NCBI GenBank assembly: GCA_965153355.1
Contig: OZ231126.1
Span: forward strand, 11,284,001 to 11,348,000
Source: Flaccisagitta enflata
Taxonomy: Eukaryota
DNA length: 64,000 nucleotides
Reading direction: 5' to 3'
Position numbers and translations under genes: made by a program
Notes under the pieces: generated by a model
Told to the model about the DNA's origin: nothing
What the model saw: the letters and a program-made list of their open reading frames with translations, nothing else
Database searches by the model: none
In this document: in pieces, positions 61,965 through 64,000 of the stretch
How positions within the stretch are numbered: the stretch's first letter is position 1
How the letters are laid out: each line of letters opens with the position of its first letter

Positions 61965-64000
61965 GGATTTGGTGGTCTGTGTAGGCTTGAGCGATAAAGT
62001 GTCGTTAGGGGCTTATTTCCATCAGGGGATTTGGTGGTCTGTGTAGGTGGCTTGAGGATAAAGCGTCGTTAGGGGCTTATTTCCCATCAGGGTGGGATTT
62101 GGTGGTCTGTGTAGGTGGCTTGAGCGATAAAGCGTGTCGTTAGGGGGTCATTTCCATCAGGGGTGGACGGTGGTTCGTGTAGGTGTATTTGAGCGGGACA
62201 GCGTCGTTAGGGGCATTATTTCCATCAGGGTGGGATTTGGTGGTCTGTGCAGGTGGCTTGAGTGATAAAGTGTCGTTAGGGGGCTTATTCCATCAGGGTG
62301 GATTTGGTGGTCTGTGTAGGTGGCTTGAGTGATAAAGTGTCGTAGGGGGTGGGGGCTATTTCCCATCAGGTGGGATTTGGTGGTCTGTGTAGGTGGCTTG
62401 AGCGATATAAAGTGTCGTTAGGGGCTTATTTCCCATCAGGGTGGGATTTGGTGGTCTGTGCAGGGTGTTTGAGCGGGATAAAGTGTCGTTAGGGGCCTAT
62501 TTCCCATCAGGGTGGGATTTGGTAGTCCGTGGTATGGCTTGAGCGGATAAAGTGTCGTTAGGGCTTTTCCCATCAGGTGGGATTTGGTGGTCTGTGTAGG
62601 TAATGAGCGGATAAAGTGTCGCGAGGGCTTATTTCCATCAGGGTGGACGGTGGGTCTGTGTAGGTGGCTGGAGCGGGATAAAGTGTCATTAGGGGCTTAT
62701 TTCATCAGGGTGGGATTTGGTGGTCTGTAGGTATTTGAGTGATAAAGTGTCGTTAGGGGCTTATTTCATCAGGGGATCGGTGGTCTGTGTAGGTGGCTTG
62801 AGCGGGATAAAGTGTCGTTAGGGGCTTATTTCCCATCAGGGTGGGATTTGGTGGTCTGTGTAGGTGGCTTGGAGGGGATAAAGTGTCGTTAGGGGCTTAT
62901 TTCATCAGGGTGGGATTTGTGGTGTCTGTGTAGGTGGCTTGGAGCTGGACAGTGTCTTTAGGGGCTTATTTCCATCAGGGTGGGATTTGGGTGGTCTGTG
63001 CAGGTGGCTTGAGAGTGATAAAGTGTCGTTAGGGGCTCATTTCCCATCAGGGTGGGATTTGGTGGTCTGTAGGTGGCTTGAGCGGGATAAAGTGTCACCG
63101 TTAGGGGCTTATTTCCACCAGGTGGATTGGTGGTCTGTGTAGGTGGCTTGAGCGGATAAAGTGGTCGTTAGGGCTTATTTCCCATCAGGGTGGGATTTGG
63201 TGGTCTGTGTAGGTGGCTTGGAGTGGATAAAGTGTTGTTAGGGCTTATTTCCCATCAGGGAGATTTGGTGGTCTGTGTAGGTGGCTTGAGTGACATAAAG
63301 TGTCGTTAGGGGCTTATTTCCATCAGGGTGGGATTTGGTGGTCTGTGTAGGTGGCTTGAGCGGGATGCGGCCTAGGGGCCTATTTCCCATCAGGTGGGAT
63401 TTGTGGTCTGTGAGTGATTTGAGCGGGATAAAGTGTCGTTAGGGGGCTTATTTCCCATCAGGGTGGGATCGGTGGTCTGTGTAGGTGGTCGGAGCGATAA
63501 AGTGTCGTTAGGGGCTTATTTCCCATCAGGTGGGACGGTGGTCTGGTAGGTGGCTTGAGTGATAAAGGTCGTTAGGGCTATTTCCCATCAGGTGGACGGT
63601 GGTCTGTGTAGGTGGTTTGAGCGGACAGCGTCATAGCTGGCTTCCCATCAGGTGGGATCGGTGGTCTGCAGGTGGCTTGAGCGGGATAAAGTGTCGCTGG
63701 AGGGGCCTATTTCCCATCAGGGTGGGATTTGGGTGGCTGTGTAGGTGGCTTGAGCGATAAAGTGTCGTTAGGGGCTTATTTCCCATCAGGGTGGGATTTG
63801 GTGGTCTGTAGGGTGGTTTGAGCGGATAAAGTGTCGTTAGGGGCTTATTTCCATCAGGGTGGGATTTGGTGGTCTGTGTAGGTGGCTTGAGCGGGATAAA
63901 GTGTCGTTAGGGCTTAATTTCCCATCAGGGTGGGATTTGGTGGTCTGTGTGGGTTGCTGAGCGGGATAGTGTTAGGGCTATTTCCCATCAGGGTGGGATT
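61965..64000 (+). repeat. G-rich ~71-bp satellite, about 30 units, running off the window end
   Basis: Consensus GGGTGGGATTTGGTGGTCTGTGTAGGTGGCTTGAGCGGGATAAAGTGTCGTTAGGGGCTTATTTCCCATCA, with many small indels between units. Confidence 0.95.

Noticed and set aside
61965..64000. CRISPR-like regular array, or a true telomere
   Set aside because: Whole units repeat with no unique spacers and no cas genes in a eukaryotic context. There is no tandem (TTAGG)n.

Overview
Repeat-rich eukaryotic genomic DNA, probably from an arthropod: it has spliceosomal introns, a group-7-allergen-family gene and dense microsatellites. No prokaryotic features, rRNA, tRNA or CRISPR array were seen. The left 14 kb holds two tandem minus-strand genes, both reconstructed by hand from GT-AG junctions and reading phase. 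Gene 2 (13754-10923) is a complete 5-exon, 233-aa secreted Der p 7/group-7-allergen-like protein. Gene 1 (10451 to about 700) is a multi-exon type-I membrane protein with a signal peptide, CUB-like region, Ser/Thr-rich stalk, one LDLa module, a TM helix and a long acidic tail. The other 50 kb is gene-poor. It contains one clean NHL/beta-propeller-like exon (+, 47097-47228), a possible decayed atlastin/GBP-like pseudogene, Tc1/mariner transposase remnants and a few unique islands that may be regulatory or structured RNA. Most of the rest is non-autonomous transposons: TA-flanked Tc1/mariner MITEs, hAT-type MITEs and two Helentron/DINE-1-like (HINE) families, often nested and carrying tandem arrays. 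The window ends in a G-rich ~71-bp satellite. Most ORFs in the supplied track are microsatellite artefacts. No new biological system can be shown from sequence alone; the best leads are in the findings.
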